Origin: an uncultured Bacteroidota bacterium
GTDB lineage: Bacteria; Bacteroidota; Ignavibacteria; UBA10030; UBA6906
DNA: 64,000 bases
Assembly (NCBI GenBank): GCA_963700635.1
Contig: CAVOYH010000003.1
Location: 1,600,001 to 1,664,000 of the forward strand
Direction of reading: 5' to 3'
Under the pieces are notes generated by a model. It saw only the letters and a program-made list of their open reading frames with translations. It was not told the DNA's origin and made no database searches. Positions within the stretch are counted from its first letter, which is position 1, and each line of letters opens with the position of its first letter. Of this stretch, positions 19,620-40,878 are shown in pieces. Both the position numbers and the translations under genes were made by a program.

Positions 19620-20318
19620 ATGAATATGAAGACGAGTAAGCGGCACAAAGCTCTGCTTGCGACAATGGCGGGCGTGGGGGCGTGTACGGTCGAAGATGCC
19701 GTACAGAAAGTGAAAGAGTCGGCCACAGCGAAATTTGTCGAATCGGTAGACATTGCCGTTCGGCTGGGGGTCGATCCCAAGAAGGCCGATCAGGCCGTCC
19801 GCGGGACCGTGGCCCTTCCGCACGGTATTGGCCGCGAGGTCCGGGTTCTCGTCATGGCGCGTCCGCCCCGGGATGAGGAGGCGAAGGCCGCGGGTGCGGA
19901 TCATGCGGGATTGGCGGAGTACGTGCAGAAAATCCAGGGCGGATGGGCAGATATTGATGTGATCATAGCGACGCCCGACGTGATGGGTGAAGTCGGCAAG
20001 CTCGGCAAGATCCTGGGCCCCCGCGGGCTGATGCCCAACCCGAAGAGCGGGACCGTGACGCAGGACGTTGCCAAGGCCGTCAAGGAAGTCAAGGCCGGGA
20101 AGATCGAATTCAGGGTCGACAAAGCGGGCATTCTTCATGCAAGTGTCGGCAAAAAGAACTTCGACAATACGGCACTGGTGGAGAATATCCATGCCTTTCT
20201 GGGAGCCGTCAGCCGTCTCAGACCAACGACAGCCAAGGGCACCTATATCAAGAGCATTCATCTCTCCAGCACGATGGGTCCTGGAGTAGAGATCGATCGC
20301 GCGCAGGCGCATCAGTAA
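19620..20318 (+). CDS. rplA: 50S ribosomal protein L1
   Basis: [15 protein letters not shown]. Confidence 0.97.
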   Translation: MNMKTSKRHKALLATMAGVGACTVEDAVQKVKESATAKFVESVDIAVRLGVDPKKADQAVRGTVALPHGIGREVRVLVMARPPRDEEAKAAGADHAGLAEYVQKIQGGWADIDVIIATPDVMGEVGKLGKILGPRGLMPNPKSGTVTQDVAKAVKEVKAGKIEFRVDKAGILHASVGKKNFDNTALVENIHAFLGAVSRLRPTTAKGTYIKSIHLSSTMGPGVEIDRAQAHQ

Positions 20319-20338
20319 ACGATTGTTACGCACTCATA

Positions 20339-20416
20339 CAGTAGACACGGTGCGTGTTGATTGCCCGGCGCAAGACCGGGGCTTCTCTCTCGATGCGCAC
20401 ACCACCTCCCTGGAGG
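20339..20416 (+). promoter_or_regulatory. Probable L10 leader
   Basis: GTAGAC...GAGG-bounded structured rplA-rplJ spacer; position conserved for this element. Confidence 0.45.
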
Positions 20417-20429
20417 TAGGAAGGAAGGA

Positions 20430-20951
20430 ATGAACCGTACGGAGAAAGAGGAGATCATCGCCGAGGTGGCGGAGATCGCGGGCCGTGCGCAAGGGCTGTT
20501 CTTCACCGATTTCACCGGGCTGACCGTGGAGCAGGCAACTGAACTGCGCCGCGATCTCCGCAAATCGGGCATCACGTACACGGTGGTGAAGAATACCCTG
20601 ATCCAGAAGGCACTGGAGAAGGTCGGCGGGTTTGACGCCGTGTTCGACCGGCTCACGGGCCCGACGGGCGTTGCGTTCGCGTTCGCAGATCCTGCAACAC
20701 CGGCAAAGGTCATTCAGAAATTCGCCGAGAAGCACAAGAAGCTCTCGCTGAAAGTCTGCGTGATCGAGCACGAAGTTTTCGACGGATCCCGGCTGGAGGA
20801 AATAGCGCGGATTCCGTCGCGCGCCGAATTGGTTGCCGCATTCCTGGGGAGTATCCAGTCGCCACTGGCTGGCGTGCCCTCCACGGTCAATGCGGTGTTG
20901 CGCGAACTCGTCAGCGTGATCGACGAGGTCGGCAAAAAGAAGGCCGCGTAA
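20430..20951 (+). CDS. rplJ: 50S ribosomal protein L10
   Basis: DFTGLTV..LRR..VVKNTL..GPT. Confidence 0.95.
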   Translation: MNRTEKEEIIAEVAEIAGRAQGLFFTDFTGLTVEQATELRRDLRKSGITYTVVKNTLIQKALEKVGGFDAVFDRLTGPTGVAFAFADPATPAKVIQKFAEKHKKLSLKVCVIEHEVFDGSRLEEIARIPSRAELVAAFLGSIQSPLAGVPSTVNAVLRELVSVIDEVGKKKAA

Positions 20952-20999
20952 CAGCGGCACCGACGAGTAGAAAACGAGAAGATGAAAGGAGAGGTTCCC

Positions 21000-21380
21000 A
21001 TGTCCGCAGTAGCAGAACTTGTTGAGAAAATTGAAAAGCTCACCCTTCTGGAGGCCGTCGAGTTGAAGAAGGCGCTCGAGGAGAAGTTCGGGGTCACGGC
21101 CGCCGCACCGATGATGATGGCAGGCGCCATGCCCGCCGCCGGTGGTGCTGCACCCGCTGTCGAAGAGAAAACCGAGTTCACGGTCGTGCTGAAAGCAGCC
21201 GGTGCCCAGAAGATCAATGTTATCAAGGTCGTCCGCGCCGCCACTGCGCTCGGACTGAAGGAAGCCAAAGACCTGGTCGATGGCGCCCCGAAGCCCGTGA
21301 AAGAGGCCATCTCCAAGGACGACGCGGAGAAGCTGAAAAAGGAGCTCGAAGAAGCCGGCGCAACCGTCGAGTTGAAGTAA
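21000..21380 (+). CDS. rplL: 50S ribosomal protein L7/L12
   Basis: [28 protein letters not shown]. Confidence 0.97.
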   Translation: MSAVAELVEKIEKLTLLEAVELKKALEEKFGVTAAAPMMMAGAMPAAGGAAPAVEEKTEFTVVLKAAGAQKINVIKVVRAATALGLKEAKDLVDGAPKPVKEAISKDDAEKLKKELEEAGATVELK

Positions 21381-21629
21381 CAGAGCAGATGCAGACCGGG
21401 GCTGACCGGGATGCGTCGTGCGCGCCGTCGCAGGCAGGGCCTGTGACGGAGAGCGGCGGCGTTTGCCCGAACGGCCCCGGCTATGCTACACACCGTCCGG
21501 TATGCCGCGCACCGCAGCTTATCAGAGCGTCGCTGGAAACCAGGCAGGCCCCCCTCACGGGTGGCTTGCTCTTTCGTTTTGGGCGCGGACGGAGGTCGCT
21601 GACAGGTCATTTACCAAGGAGTGGGGCTC

Positions 21630-29718
<8,089 letters not shown>

Positions 29719-29753
29719 GAGGCGCATCGAGCCGCGAACGGCTGGCAGACTTC

Positions 29754-29784
29754 TTGACATGCGAAATCATAATTGTTGTACTTG
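29754..29784 (+). promoter_or_regulatory. Putative sigma70 promoter of str operon
   Basis: TTGACA followed by an AT-rich spacer and TGTACTT upstream of rpsL. Confidence 0.45.
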
Positions 29785-29838
29785 TAAAGCTGTCTTTCAC
29801 CATTGACGCACCACGCAGTCTCTGAAGCGGAGTACTAC

Positions 29839-30217
29839 GTGCCGACGATTAATCAGCTCGTGCGAAAAAGCCGTCGTGCGGTGAACTAGAAAAGCAAAGC
29901 GCCCGCGATGCAGGGCAAGTCCGCAGAAGCGGGGTGTCTGCACGCGCGTCTACACAACAACACCGAAGAAGCCGAATTCCGCTCTCCGGAAAGTGGCCCG
30001 TGTTCGTCTTACCCACGGCGTTGAGGTAACGGCCTACATCCCGGGCGAGGGACACAACCTTGCAGGAACACTCGATTGTCATGATTCGCGGGGGCAGGGT
30101 GAAGGACCTTCCGGGCGTCCGGTACCATATCATCCGAGGGACGCTCGATACTGCCGGCGTCGCGGAACGGAAGCAGGGCCGATCGAAATACGGCGCGAAG
30201 AGGCCAAGAAGTCGTAG
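29839..30217 (+). CDS. rpsL: 30S ribosomal protein S12 (frameshifted)
   Basis: [28 protein letters not shown]. Confidence 0.93.
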
Positions 30218-30237
30218 CAACCAATCCAGGTCTCGCA

Positions 30238-30709
<472 letters not shown>

Positions 30710-30721
30710 GAGAAGAGCGCT

Positions 30722-32829
30722 ATGCCACGACAGTTTCCACTTGAGCGTACCCGCAATATCGGCATCAGCGCGCATATCGATGCCGGCAAGACGACGACCA
30801 CTGAACGCATTCTGTTCTATACCGGCGTTCTGCACCGCATGGGCGAGGTCCATGACGGTGCCGCCACAATGGACTGGATGGAGCAGGAGACGCGAGCGTG
30901 GCATCACCATCACCTCCGCGGCGACGACCTGTTTCTGGGACAACCACCGCATCAACATTATTGATACCCCCGGCCATGTGGATTTTACCGCCGAGGTGGA
31001 ACGTTCGCTGCGCGTGCTCGACGGCGCCGTCGCCCTGTTCTGCGCCGTTGGTGGCGTGGAACCGCAGTCGGAAACTGTCTGGCGACAGATGGACAAGTAC
31101 GGTGTCCCGCGCATTGCCTTCGTGAACAAGATGGACCGTGTCGGGGCGGACTTTCTCGGCGTGGTCCAGATGATGAACGACCGGCTCGGCGCCAATGCGG
31201 TTCCCATTCAGCTCCCGGTCGGCGAAGGGGATCTGTTTGCAGGTATTATTGACCTCGTGACGATGAAGGCCAAGATGTACCGCGAATCATCGCTGGGTAC
31301 CGAATGGGACGAGATCGAGATTCCGCACGACATGCAGGCGACGCGCGCAGGTCTACCGCACCAAGATGCTTGAGGCGGTCTCCGACGAGGACGATACGCT
31401 GCTGGAAAAATATCTCGAAGGGCAAGGAGATTACCCCGACGGAGATTCATGGTCGTGCTTCGGCGGTGCGTGCCTCAAGGTCAGCATCATCCCCGTACTC
31501 TGCGGTTCGTCCTTCAAGAACAAGGGCGTGCAGATGCTGCTGGATGCAGTGGTGAACTATCTGCCGTCGCCTCTGGACCTGAACGAAGGAATCGTGGAAG
31601 GGCACCACATCAATTTGACCGACAAGTGCAGCGCAAAGTTGCCGACAAAGAGAAGTTCACCGCGCTGGCCTTCAAGATCGTGACGGACCCGTTCGTCGGG
31701 AAGCTGACGTATTTCCGTGTCTACTCCGGGACGCTCAAGTCCGGCTCCTATGTTTACAACTCGGTATCGCAGAGGAAAGAGCGAATCAGCCGTATCCTTC
31801 GAATGCACGCAAACTCGCGGGAAGATGTGGAGCAGGCGTATGCCGGCGACATCGTCGCCGCTGTCGGGCTGAAGCACACCAGGACCGGCGACACGCTCTG
31901 CGACGAAGGCGATCCGGTCATTCTGGAGAAGATGACCTTCCCCGATCCGGTGATCCACGTGGCGATCGAGCCCAAGACAAAGGCCGATCAAGACAAGCTC
32001 GGAGAGGCCCTTGCGAAGCTGACCGAGGAGGATCCGACGCTGCGCGTCGCCACCAATGAAGAGACCGGCCAGAATATCATCAGCGGGATGGGAGAGCTGC
32101 ATCTGGAGATCGTCATTGACCGGATGAGGCGAGAATTCAAGGTTGAGGCCAACATCGGCAGGCCCCAGGTCGCCTACAAGGAGACCATCCGCAAGAAGGT
32201 GACCGGCGGAAGGTAAGTTTGTCCGCCAGTCGGGCGGACGCGGTCAGTTCGGCCATGTCTGGATTGAGATCGAGCCCAATGAAAAAGGGAAGGGGTTTCG
32301 AGTTCGAGAACGCGATTGTCGGCGGGGTCATCCCGCGCGAGTACATCAGACCGGTCGAGCAGGGGATCACCGAGGCGATGCGCAACGGCGTGCTCGCAGG
32401 TTATCCCGGTCGAGGATATCAAGGTGAAAGTTGTACGACGGCTCATTCCACGAGGTGGATTCTTCGGAGATGGCCTTCAAGATCGCCGGCTCGATGGCGT
32501 TCAAGGAAGCCGCGCGAAAAGCGGACCCGGTGATTCTTGGAGCCGGTTATGGAAGTGGAGGTGGTGACACCCGAGGAGTACATGGGTGATGTCATGGGCG
32601 ACCTCAATTCCCGCCGCGGGCAAGATCGCCGGGATGACCCCGCGCAAGGACGCACAGGTGATCAAGGCGATGGTACCGCTCTCAGAGATGTTCGGTTATT
32701 CGACAGTGCTGCGCTCCATGACCCAGGGTCGGGCAATCTACACCATGGAGCTCGTCACATTACGATGAGACGCCACGAAGCGTTTCTGATCAGATCGTCG
32801 AGAAGATCAAGGGGAAGAATCTGCCGTAG
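30722..32829 (+). CDS. fusA: Elongation factor G (frameshifted)
   Basis: [32 protein letters not shown]. Confidence 0.95.
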
Positions 32830-32873
32830 ACGGCAGTCAACTATTCCCGTTCATCCAGGAGGAGAACACACCA

Positions 32874-34087
32874 ATGGCAAAAGAGAAATTCACGCGTGAC
32901 AAGCCACACGTCAATGTCGGGACGATCGGGCACGTCGATCACGGCAAGACGACGCTGACCGCGGCCATTACGATGGTGCTTGCGAAGAAGGGACTCTCAC
33001 GTCGATCGTACCTTTGACAGTATCGACAACGCTCCTGAAGAGCGCGAGCGCGGTATCACCATTGCGACGGCGCACGTGGAGTACGCCACCGACAAACGTC
33101 ACTATGCGCACGTGGACTGCCCCGGTCATGCCGACTATATCAAGAACATGATCACGGGTGCGGCGCAGATGGACGGTGCCATCCTCGTGGTTGCCGCGAC
33201 CGACGGGCCGATGCCGCAGACGCGCGAGCACATCCTTCTTGCCCGCCAGGTCGGCGTTCCCCGTATCGTGGTCTTCATGAACAAGGTCGACGCGGTGGAT
33301 GATCGCCGAGCTGCTTGATCTTGTGGAGCTTGAGCTGCGCGATCTGCTCAAGAAATACGAATTCCCGGGTGACGAGATCCCGATCATCCGCGGGAGTGCA
33401 CTGAAGGCGATGGAAGCGGCCATCAAACCGGACGTCAAGCGTGACGATCCGGCCTTCAATTGCATCATGGAACTGATGGACGCGGTGGACACCTATTTCC
33501 CGGTGCCCGCAGCGTGATGTGGACAAGCCGTTCCTTATGCCGGTCGAGGACGTGTTCTCGATCACCGGCCGTGGAACGGTGGGCACCGGTCGCGTCGAAC
33601 GCGGTCGTGCAAAGGTCGGCGACGAAGTCGAAGTCATCGGACTCGGTGCCCACATGAAGACCGTCATCACCGGCGCCGAGATGTTCCGCAAGGAGCTGGA
33701 TGAGGTTCAGGCAGGCGACAATGCTGGTCTGCTGCTGCGTGGGGTGGACAAGAAGAGCTGGAACGCGGCATGGTCGTGGCGAAGCCGGGATCCATCACGC
33801 CGCACAAGAAGTTTAATGCACAGGTCTACGTCCTGAAGAAAGAAGAAGGTGGACGACATACGCCGTTCTTCACCGGCTATCGCCCGCAGTTCTACTTCCG
33901 GACAACGGACGTGACGGGTGTGGCAACGCTTCCGTCGGGAACCGAGATGGTGATGCCGGGAGACAACGTCGACGAATCTGCTGATCGAGCTTATCTCCCC
34001 GATCGCCATGGAGGAAGGGCTCCGCTTCGCTATCCGCGAAGGCGGTCATACGGTCGGCGCAGGTGTTGTGACAAAAATTCTGAGTAA
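32874..34087 (+). CDS. tuf: Elongation factor Tu (frameshifted)
   Basis: [29 protein letters not shown]. Confidence 0.95.
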
Positions 34088-34124
34088 ATGAATCGGCGAG
34101 CCTGACTTGACCTGGAGTATCCAC

Positions 34125-34433
34125 GTGGCCGGACAAAAAATACGCATCAAGCTGAAGTCGTACGATCACAACCTGATCGACAAGTCTGCGGAAAAGATCA
34201 TCAAGACTGTCAAGTCAACAGGCGCTGTGGTCTCTGGCCCGATTCCGTTACCCACGAAGCGTACGGTCTATACTGTGCTTCGTTCGCCTCATGTTGACAA
34301 GAAGTCGAGAGAGCAATTCGAGACGCGCGCCCACAAGCGGCTGATCGATATTCTGAACTCGACGAACAGGACCGTCGACTCCCTGATGAAGCTGGATCTT
34401 CCCGCGGGCGTCGACGTCGAAATCAAGGTGTAA
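34125..34433 (+). CDS. rpsJ: 30S ribosomal protein S10
   Basis: [21 protein letters not shown]. Confidence 0.97.
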   Translation: MAGQKIRIKLKSYDHNLIDKSAEKIIKTVKSTGAVVSGPIPLPTKRTVYTVLRSPHVDKKSREQFETRAHKRLIDILNSTNRTVDSLMKLDLPAGVDVEIKV

Positions 34434-34575
34434 CCGGTATCAACGACAACACAGGTGTACGTCCCCCCGGGACGCTCCGCGTCGCCGGGTGCGACGGGAG
34501 AACGACGTGGGAGCGGTGTCCGCTGGTGTGCGCGGGCTCTTGGACGCTAGTGTACATTCATACATGGATGGCAGT

Positions 34576-35212
34576 ATGACAGGACTACTCGGAAAAAAAT
34601 TGGGGATGACCAGCGTCTTCGATGAGGCCGGTCAGGTCATTCCCTGCACGGTGATCGAGGCCGGACCCTGTTTCGTCACGCAGATCAAGACAAAAGAGCG
34701 TGACGGGTACGAGGCGGTCCAGCTCGGGTTCGAGGAGAAGACGCGAACGGCTGTGTCACCAAGCCGCTGCGGGGTCACTTCGCGAAAGCCGACGTGAAAC
34801 CCATGCGCGTCGTCCGGGAATTCCGCGGAGAATGGCGATCGGAAGTGCAGCCCGGACAGGAAATCCGCGTCGACAGCGTGTTCGCCAAGGGCGAGGTCGT
34901 CAAGGTGGTCGGCACCTCGAAAGGACAGGGCTTTCAGGGTGTGGTCAAGCGCCACCACTTCGGCGGCGGGTTCCGAACCCATGGCCAGAGCGACCGGAGC
35001 GGGCGCCCGGGTTCGATCGGGTCCTCCTCGTACCCCTCCCGCGTCTTCAAAGGGCCAACGGATGGCGGGACGAATGGGTGGCGAGCGGTGACCGTCAGGA
35101 ATCTGATGGTCGTGGGGATGATCGCCGACTCGAATCTTCTCCTGGTGAAAGGATCCGTTCCCGGCGCGATCAACGGCGTCGTGGAAATCCACAAGCTCAC
35201 GACCCACAGTAA
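34576..35212 (+). CDS. rplC: 50S ribosomal protein L3 (frameshifted)
   Basis: [20 protein letters not shown]. Confidence 0.93.
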
Positions 35213-35232
35213 CGATGAACGAGATAGCGGCA

Positions 35233-35867
35233 ATGGAACTTGACGTCTATCAGAAAGACGGCACCAAGAGCGGCGAAACCGTGAAGCTCTCCGATGAGAT
35301 ATTCGGCATCGAGCCAAATGAGCACGCCATGTACCTGGCCGTCCGGACGTATCGGACAACCAGCGGCAGGGAACCCATAAGGTCAAGACCCGCGGAAGAG
35401 GTCCGCGGCGGCGGGAAGAAACCGTTCCGCAGAAGCACACCGGGATGGCCCGGCAGGGGACCTCGACGCTCGGATTGATGGCAGGCGGTGGCTCGATCTT
35501 CGGTCCGCAACCGCGCGATTATTCACTGCGGACTGCCTGCAGGGATGCGGAGGCTCGCCCGTAGGTCGGCCCTCTCGTTGAAGGCGCGCGAAGGACAGAT
35601 TCGGATCGTGGAGGACTTCTCACTGGAAGGACCCCAGACGCAGAGAGATGGTAGGCCTGCTGAAGGCCATTGATCTGCATCGAAAACAAGACCCTGCTGC
35701 TTCTGCCGAAGAGCGATGCACACAGTGTCGTGCCGGCGCGGCAGAATCCCCGGCCTGCAGATCTGAGCAGGCGGACAAAGCGTCGACGTATGATCTTCGT
35801 CAACAACCGGTGCTGCTCATACAGAAGAGCGCCGCTGGAAGTTCTTCAGAATACGTTCAAGAACTAA
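35233..35867 (+). CDS. rplD: 50S ribosomal protein L4 (frameshifted)
   Basis: [21 protein letters not shown]. Confidence 0.9.
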
Positions 35868-35882
35868 CCGAGCGAAGCGACC

Positions 35883-36178
35883 ATGACAGGCATTCTGAAA
35901 CGACCCATTGTCACGGAAAAGATGACGACGCTGCAGGAAAAGGGACAATACGCCTTTGAGGTGGCTACCTCGGCGAACAAGATCTCGATCGCTCGTGCCG
36001 TGGAGAAGAAGTTCAACGTGACGGTGCTTGACGTGTTCGCACCATCCGGTACAAGGGTAAACAGAAATCGCAGATGACGCGGCGCGGTCGGTTCGCCGGG
36101 CGCGACCGCAGGCTGGAAGAAGGCGATCGTCACGCCTGAAAGAAGGGCGACAAGATCGAGTTCTTCCAGAACGTCTGA
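35883..36178 (+). CDS. rplW: 50S ribosomal protein L23 (frameshifted)
   Basis: PIVTEK, WKKAIVT. Confidence 0.9.
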
Positions 36179-36204
36179 TCGTCAATGGAGATAGGAGTAG
36201 CATC

Positions 36205-37033
36205 ATGGCCATACGGAAGATGAAGCCGATGACACCGGGGACGCGCTGGATGTCGTGTCCGCATTTCACCGAGATCACCAAGACCAAGCCGGAAAAGAGT
36301 CTTATCGAGCCGCTGAAGAAGTCGGGCGGACGGAACAACACCGGCCGGATCACGTCGCGCCATCGTGGCGGCGGGCACAAGCGGTTCTACCGCATCATTG
36401 ATTTCAAGCGGGACAAGGTCGGGATGGATGCAAGCGTGAGCGCTATCGAGTATGATCCGAATCGTTCGGCGCGCATCGCCCTGTTGCAGTATGCCGACGG
36501 GGAACGTCGTTACATCATTGCCCCGGACGGGGTCAGCGTCGGCGACGTCCTTCGCTCGGGGCCGGATGCGGAAATCAAGGTCCGGCAACGCGATGCCGCT
36601 GGCGAATATTCCGGCAGGCACGTTTGTCCACAATATGGAATTGCGGCCCGGCAAAGGTGCGCAGATCGCACGCAGTGCGGGCAGGGTCGATCCAGTTGAT
36701 GGCCAAGGAAGGTAAGTTCGCCCAGCTGACGCTGCCCTCGGGGGAGGTCCGCAACATTCGATGGAGTGCTGGCAACGATCGGTTCAGTGGGCAATGCGGA
36801 CCATGAGAACATCAGCGTTGGGAAAGCCGGCCGGTCACGCTGGCTGGGTATCCGTCCGCAGTCGCGCGGTGTCGTCCAGAATCCGGTCGACCATCCGCAT
36901 GGCGGGGGCGAGGGGAAATCGCCGCAGGGGAATCCGCATCCGGTGTCGCCCTGGGGATGGCATACCAAGGGAAAGAAGACGCGGAAACCGAAAAAGGCGT
37001 CCAGTAAAGTTCATCGTGAAACGAAGAAAGTAA
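36205..37033 (+). CDS. rplB: 50S ribosomal protein L2 (frameshifted)
   Basis: [24 protein letters not shown]. Confidence 0.95.
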
Positions 37034-37038
37034 GCGCT

Positions 37039-37339
37039 ATGGGTCGTTCGCTCAAAAAGGGACCGTTCGTCAGGCCCGTCTGCTGGAGAAGGTGGCGGCA
37101 TGCTGAACAAAGCGAACCAGAAGAAGGTTGTCAAGACCTGGTCGCGTGCGTCCACGATCACACCGGACTTCGTCGGGCACACGTTTGCTGTCCACAACGG
37201 CAACAAGTTTATTCCGGTCTACGTCCATGAAGGGATGGTGGGGCACAAGCTGGGTGAGTTTGCACCCACGCGGTTGTTCCGCGGTCATCCCGGCGTCAGG
37301 AAAGAGGAATCCAGTGGCACGCTAAGGAGCGTGGGTTGA
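37039..37339 (+). CDS. rpsS: 30S ribosomal protein S19 (frameshifted)
   Basis: [19 protein letters not shown]. Confidence 0.93.
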
Positions 37340-37351
37340 TGAGGAGAATCG

Positions 37352-37786
37352 ATGGAAGCTCAAGCAATCAATCGCTATGTGGGAACTTCGCCGCGCAAGA
37401 TGCGGCTGGTCATCGATCTGATCCGAGGCAAGTCGGTTGACGAGGCGCTGCACATTCTGCACTTTTCGCCCAAGCATGCCTCGGAAGTTGCCGAGAAGGT
37501 GCTTCGGTCGGCGGTGTCCAATCTCCAGAACAAGGACCAGGCGGGCCGGATCGATACTTCCCAGATGGTCGTGAAGGAGGCCTTCGTCGACGTATCGGTG
37601 ACGATGAAGCGCATGCTCCCCGCCCCCATGGGACGAGCATTCCGCCTCCGGAAACGATCGAACCATGTGACGATCGTCGTGGCGGCCAAAGAGGACGCCA
37701 CAGCAGGCCGAACTGGCGGCGAGGCGCCCAAAGAGCGCAAAGTGCGCGCTCCGAGGAAAGCCCAGCGCGCAGCACAATCGAAGTAG
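37352..37786 (+). CDS. rplV: 50S ribosomal protein L22 with basic C-terminal tail
   Basis: [14 protein letters not shown]; intact ORF. Confidence 0.95.
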   Translation: MEAQAINRYVGTSPRKMRLVIDLIRGKSVDEALHILHFSPKHASEVAEKVLRSAVSNLQNKDQAGRIDTSQMVVKEAFVDVSVTMKRMLPAPMGRAFRLRKRSNHVTIVVAAKEDATAGRTGGEAPKERKVRAPRKAQRAAQSK

Positions 37787-37794
37787 GAGGACTC

Positions 37795-38460
37795 TTGGGA
37801 CAGAAAACCCATCCAATCGGATTGCGGCTCGGGATCATCCGGTCCTGGGATTCCAATTGGTACGACGAGAAGACCTTTGCGACAAAGCTGTCCGAAGATC
37901 TCGACCATCCGCAACTACGTGCGCAACCGGCTGAAAAAAGCGGGGATCTCAAGAATTCAGATCGACCGAACGCCGAAGCGGGCAGTGATCACGATCCATA
38001 CCTCGCGTCCTGGTATCGTCATCGGCAGGAGCGGCAAGGAGATCACGCAGCTGGAAGAAGAGCTGAAGAACATTACAGCCAAGGAAGTCAAGATCCTCAT
38101 CAATGAAATCAAGCGGCCGGAGCTGGATTCGTACCTGGTTGCCGAGAACATCGCACAGCAGCTTGGAGGGCCGCATCGCCTTTCGACGCGCGATGAAGAA
38201 TGCCATCACCGCCTCTATGCGGATGGGCGCCGAAGGGGTGCGCGTTATGACTGCAGGCCGTCTCGGCGGATGCGGAGATGTCCCGCACGGAGCAGTACAA
38301 GGAAGGGCGCATTCCGCTGCACACGCTTCGCGCGGATATCGACTATGCAACGGCCACGGCAAGGACGGTCTACGGCGCCATCGGGGTCAAAGTGTGGATT
38401 TGTAAGGGTGAGGTGCTCGACGCGCAGCAAGGCATGCAGCCGGCATCCCCCCGCCGCTGA
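37795..38460 (+). CDS. rpsC: 30S ribosomal protein S3 (frameshifted)
   Basis: [23 protein letters not shown]. Confidence 0.93.
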
Positions 38461-38490
38461 TAGGACACCGGAGCCTGAGGAGACGCACCT

Positions 38491-38916
38491 ATGCTGATGC
38501 CAAAGAGAGTCAAGTACCGGAAAGCCCAGCGCGGCCGCATGCGGGGGAAGGCCGTCCGCGGCTCGACAATCGCCTTCGGCGATTTCGGGTTGAAGGCGAC
38601 TGAACCCGGCTGGATTACCCAGCGCCAAATTGAAGCGGCACGCGTGACGCTGACCCGCATGATGAAGCGTGAAGGGAAGAATCTGGATCCGCATCTTCCC
38701 CGACAAGCCGGTTACCAAGAAACCGGCCGAGACCCGCATGGGCAAGGGCAAGGGCGCGCCGGAGTACTGGGTTGCCGTCGTCAAGCCCGGGCCGCATCAT
38801 GTTCGAGGTAGGCGGGACGACGTCGAACCGTTGCCATGGAGGCGCTCACGCTGGCGGGGCACAAGCTGCCGATCAAGACCAGGGTGAGCATCCGGCCGGA
38901 CTACCACAGTGCGTAG
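38491..38916 (+). CDS. rplP: 50S ribosomal protein L16 (frameshifted)
   Basis: [18 protein letters not shown]. Confidence 0.93.
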
Positions 38917-38929
38917 ACAGGGAAACTGT

Positions 38930-39133
38930 ATGAAGAGCGACCGAGCTTCGAACCATGTCCGTTGATGAGCTGAAGAAGCGTTTGGCTGAGGAAGAGGAAA
39001 GCCTCGCGAACCTTCAGTTTCAGCATGTCGACGAGTCAGCTGGAGAGTCCGATTCGCGTACGGTTCGTCCGCCGCGACATCGCACGGATCAAAACCTTAC
39101 TCCACGAGAAGGAGCGCGCAGCGACGATCATGA
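38930..39133 (+). CDS. rpmC: 50S ribosomal protein L29 (frameshifted; end approximate)
   Basis: [17 protein letters not shown]. Confidence 0.85.
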
Positions 39134-39414
39134 GCGACGAGGAAAGAAGTCTGCGCAGGCGACGAACCCGGCGCAAGACACGGACCGGAAAGGGTTGTCA
39201 GCAGCAAGATGCAGAAGAGCATTCTGGTGGCCATCGAGACGGACGGGTCCCGCACCCGCTGTACAAGAAGTATTTCAAACGCACCACAAAGCTGATGGCG
39301 CACGACGAGAAGAGCGAGGCGGGTGTTGGGGATCTCGTCCGCATCATGGAATCGCGTCCGCTGAGCGCACGCAAGCGCTGGCGGTTGGTCGAGGTTGTGG
39401 AGAAGGCCAAGTAG
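39130..39414 (+). CDS. rpsQ: 30S ribosomal protein S17 (frameshifted)
   Basis: [15 protein letters not shown]. Confidence 0.9.
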   Translation: MSDEERSLRRRRTRRKTRTGKGCQQQDAEEHSGGHRDGRVPHPLYKKYFKRTTKLMAHDEKSEAGVGDLVRIMESRPLSARKRWRLVEVVEKAK

Positions 39415-39436
39415 GCAATCGTTCACGGAGTGGATC

Positions 39437-39809
39437 ATGATTCAGGAAGAGACGAATCTGGTGGTGGCCGACAACTCCGGCGCCAAGACGCGTGCGCTGC
39501 ATCCGCGTCCTCGGCGGCTCTGACCGCCGGTATGCGAGCTGGGTGACATCAGGTCGTCGTGGCGGTCAAGGCCGCAATTCCCGGGGCGGCCGTGAAGAAG
39601 GGTGATGTGGCCAAGGCCGTGATTGTGCGCACCAAGAAGGAAATCCGCCGCAAGGACGGGTCCTTCATCCGGTTCGATGAGAATGCTGCGGTGCTGATTA
39701 CCGATGTCAGGGCGAACCACGCGGGAGCCGAATCTTCGGCCCTGTGGCGAGGGAGCTGCGGGAGCGTCAGTACATGAAGATTGTATCTCTGGCTCCAGAA
39801 GTGTTCTAG
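39437..39809 (+). CDS. rplN: 50S ribosomal protein L14 (frameshifted)
   Basis: [28 protein letters not shown]. Confidence 0.93.
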
Positions 39810-39820
39810 GAGAGAGGCGC

Positions 39821-40145
39821 ATGAGAATTCGAAAGAACGACATGGTCATGGTGATCTCCGGGAATGCCCGGGGGAAGACAGGCAAGGTCCTGAAAGTGTA
39901 TCCCGAGCGCGACCGCGTGATCGTCGAAGGGGTCAATATCATCAAGCGGCACACCCGTCCCAATCAGAAGAACCCGCAGGGGGGCATCGTGCAGCGGGAG
40001 GGAACGATCCATGTGTCCAACGTGATGCTCCTGGACCCCAAGACCAACGAAGTCACCCGCGTGGGGTCGAAGGTCACCAAGGATGAGACCACCGGCAAGA
40101 AGCGGCCGCATGCGCGTGGCGAAGGCAACGGGAGAGATGTTCTGA
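39821..40145 (+). CDS. rplX: 50S ribosomal protein L24
   Basis: VMVISG..GK.GKV, IHVSNV. Confidence 0.93.
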
Positions 40146-40856
40146 GTGGATGAACGAGCAACCACAGAAACCGAAAAAGGTATGAAGGCGACCAAGACCG
40201 AAAAAGCGCCAAAAGGGAGAGAAGGCCGTCAAGGGAAGAGGCCAAGAAGGCCCCGCGGCAGCTCGCCTGAGGAACGCGTCCGGTGCCGGCTTACACGAGC
40301 GCTACGCGCCAGGATGTCATCCCCGGCCCTGATGAAGCGCTTCAAGTACCGGAGCGTGATGCAGGTCCCCGACTGGACAAGATCGCCATCAATATCGGCG
40401 TCGGGCAGGGGACGCAGGATCCAAAGCTCGTGGAAGTCGCGGCGAAGGATCTGAAGCCATCGTCGGTCAGAAGGTGGTCATCACCCGGGCCAAGAAGTCG
40501 ATCTCCAACTTCAAGCTCCGCGAGAAGATGCCGATCGGTTGCCGCGTGACGCTGCGCCGCGACACAGATGTATGAGTTCCTGGACCGGTTCATCTCCGTG
40601 TCGGTTCCCCGTATCCGCGACTTCCGAGGGCTCTCGGACAAGTCGTTCGACGGCCACGGGAACTACACCGTCGGGATCAAGGAACATACGATCTTTCCCG
40701 AAATCGATGTCGACAAGATCGACACGCATGTTCGGGATGGACATTACGTTCGTGACCACGGCCGAGAGCGGACGAGGAAGCATACGAACTGCTGAAGGCG
40801 TTCGGCATGCCGTTTGTGAAACGCGAGGAAGTTCATCGAGAACACCAAAGGCGTAA
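40146..40856 (+). CDS. rplE: 50S ribosomal protein L5 with N-terminal extension (frameshifted)
   Basis: [20 protein letters not shown]. Confidence 0.9.
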
Positions 40857-40878
40857 TTGACCAGGAGTCGACACACGT

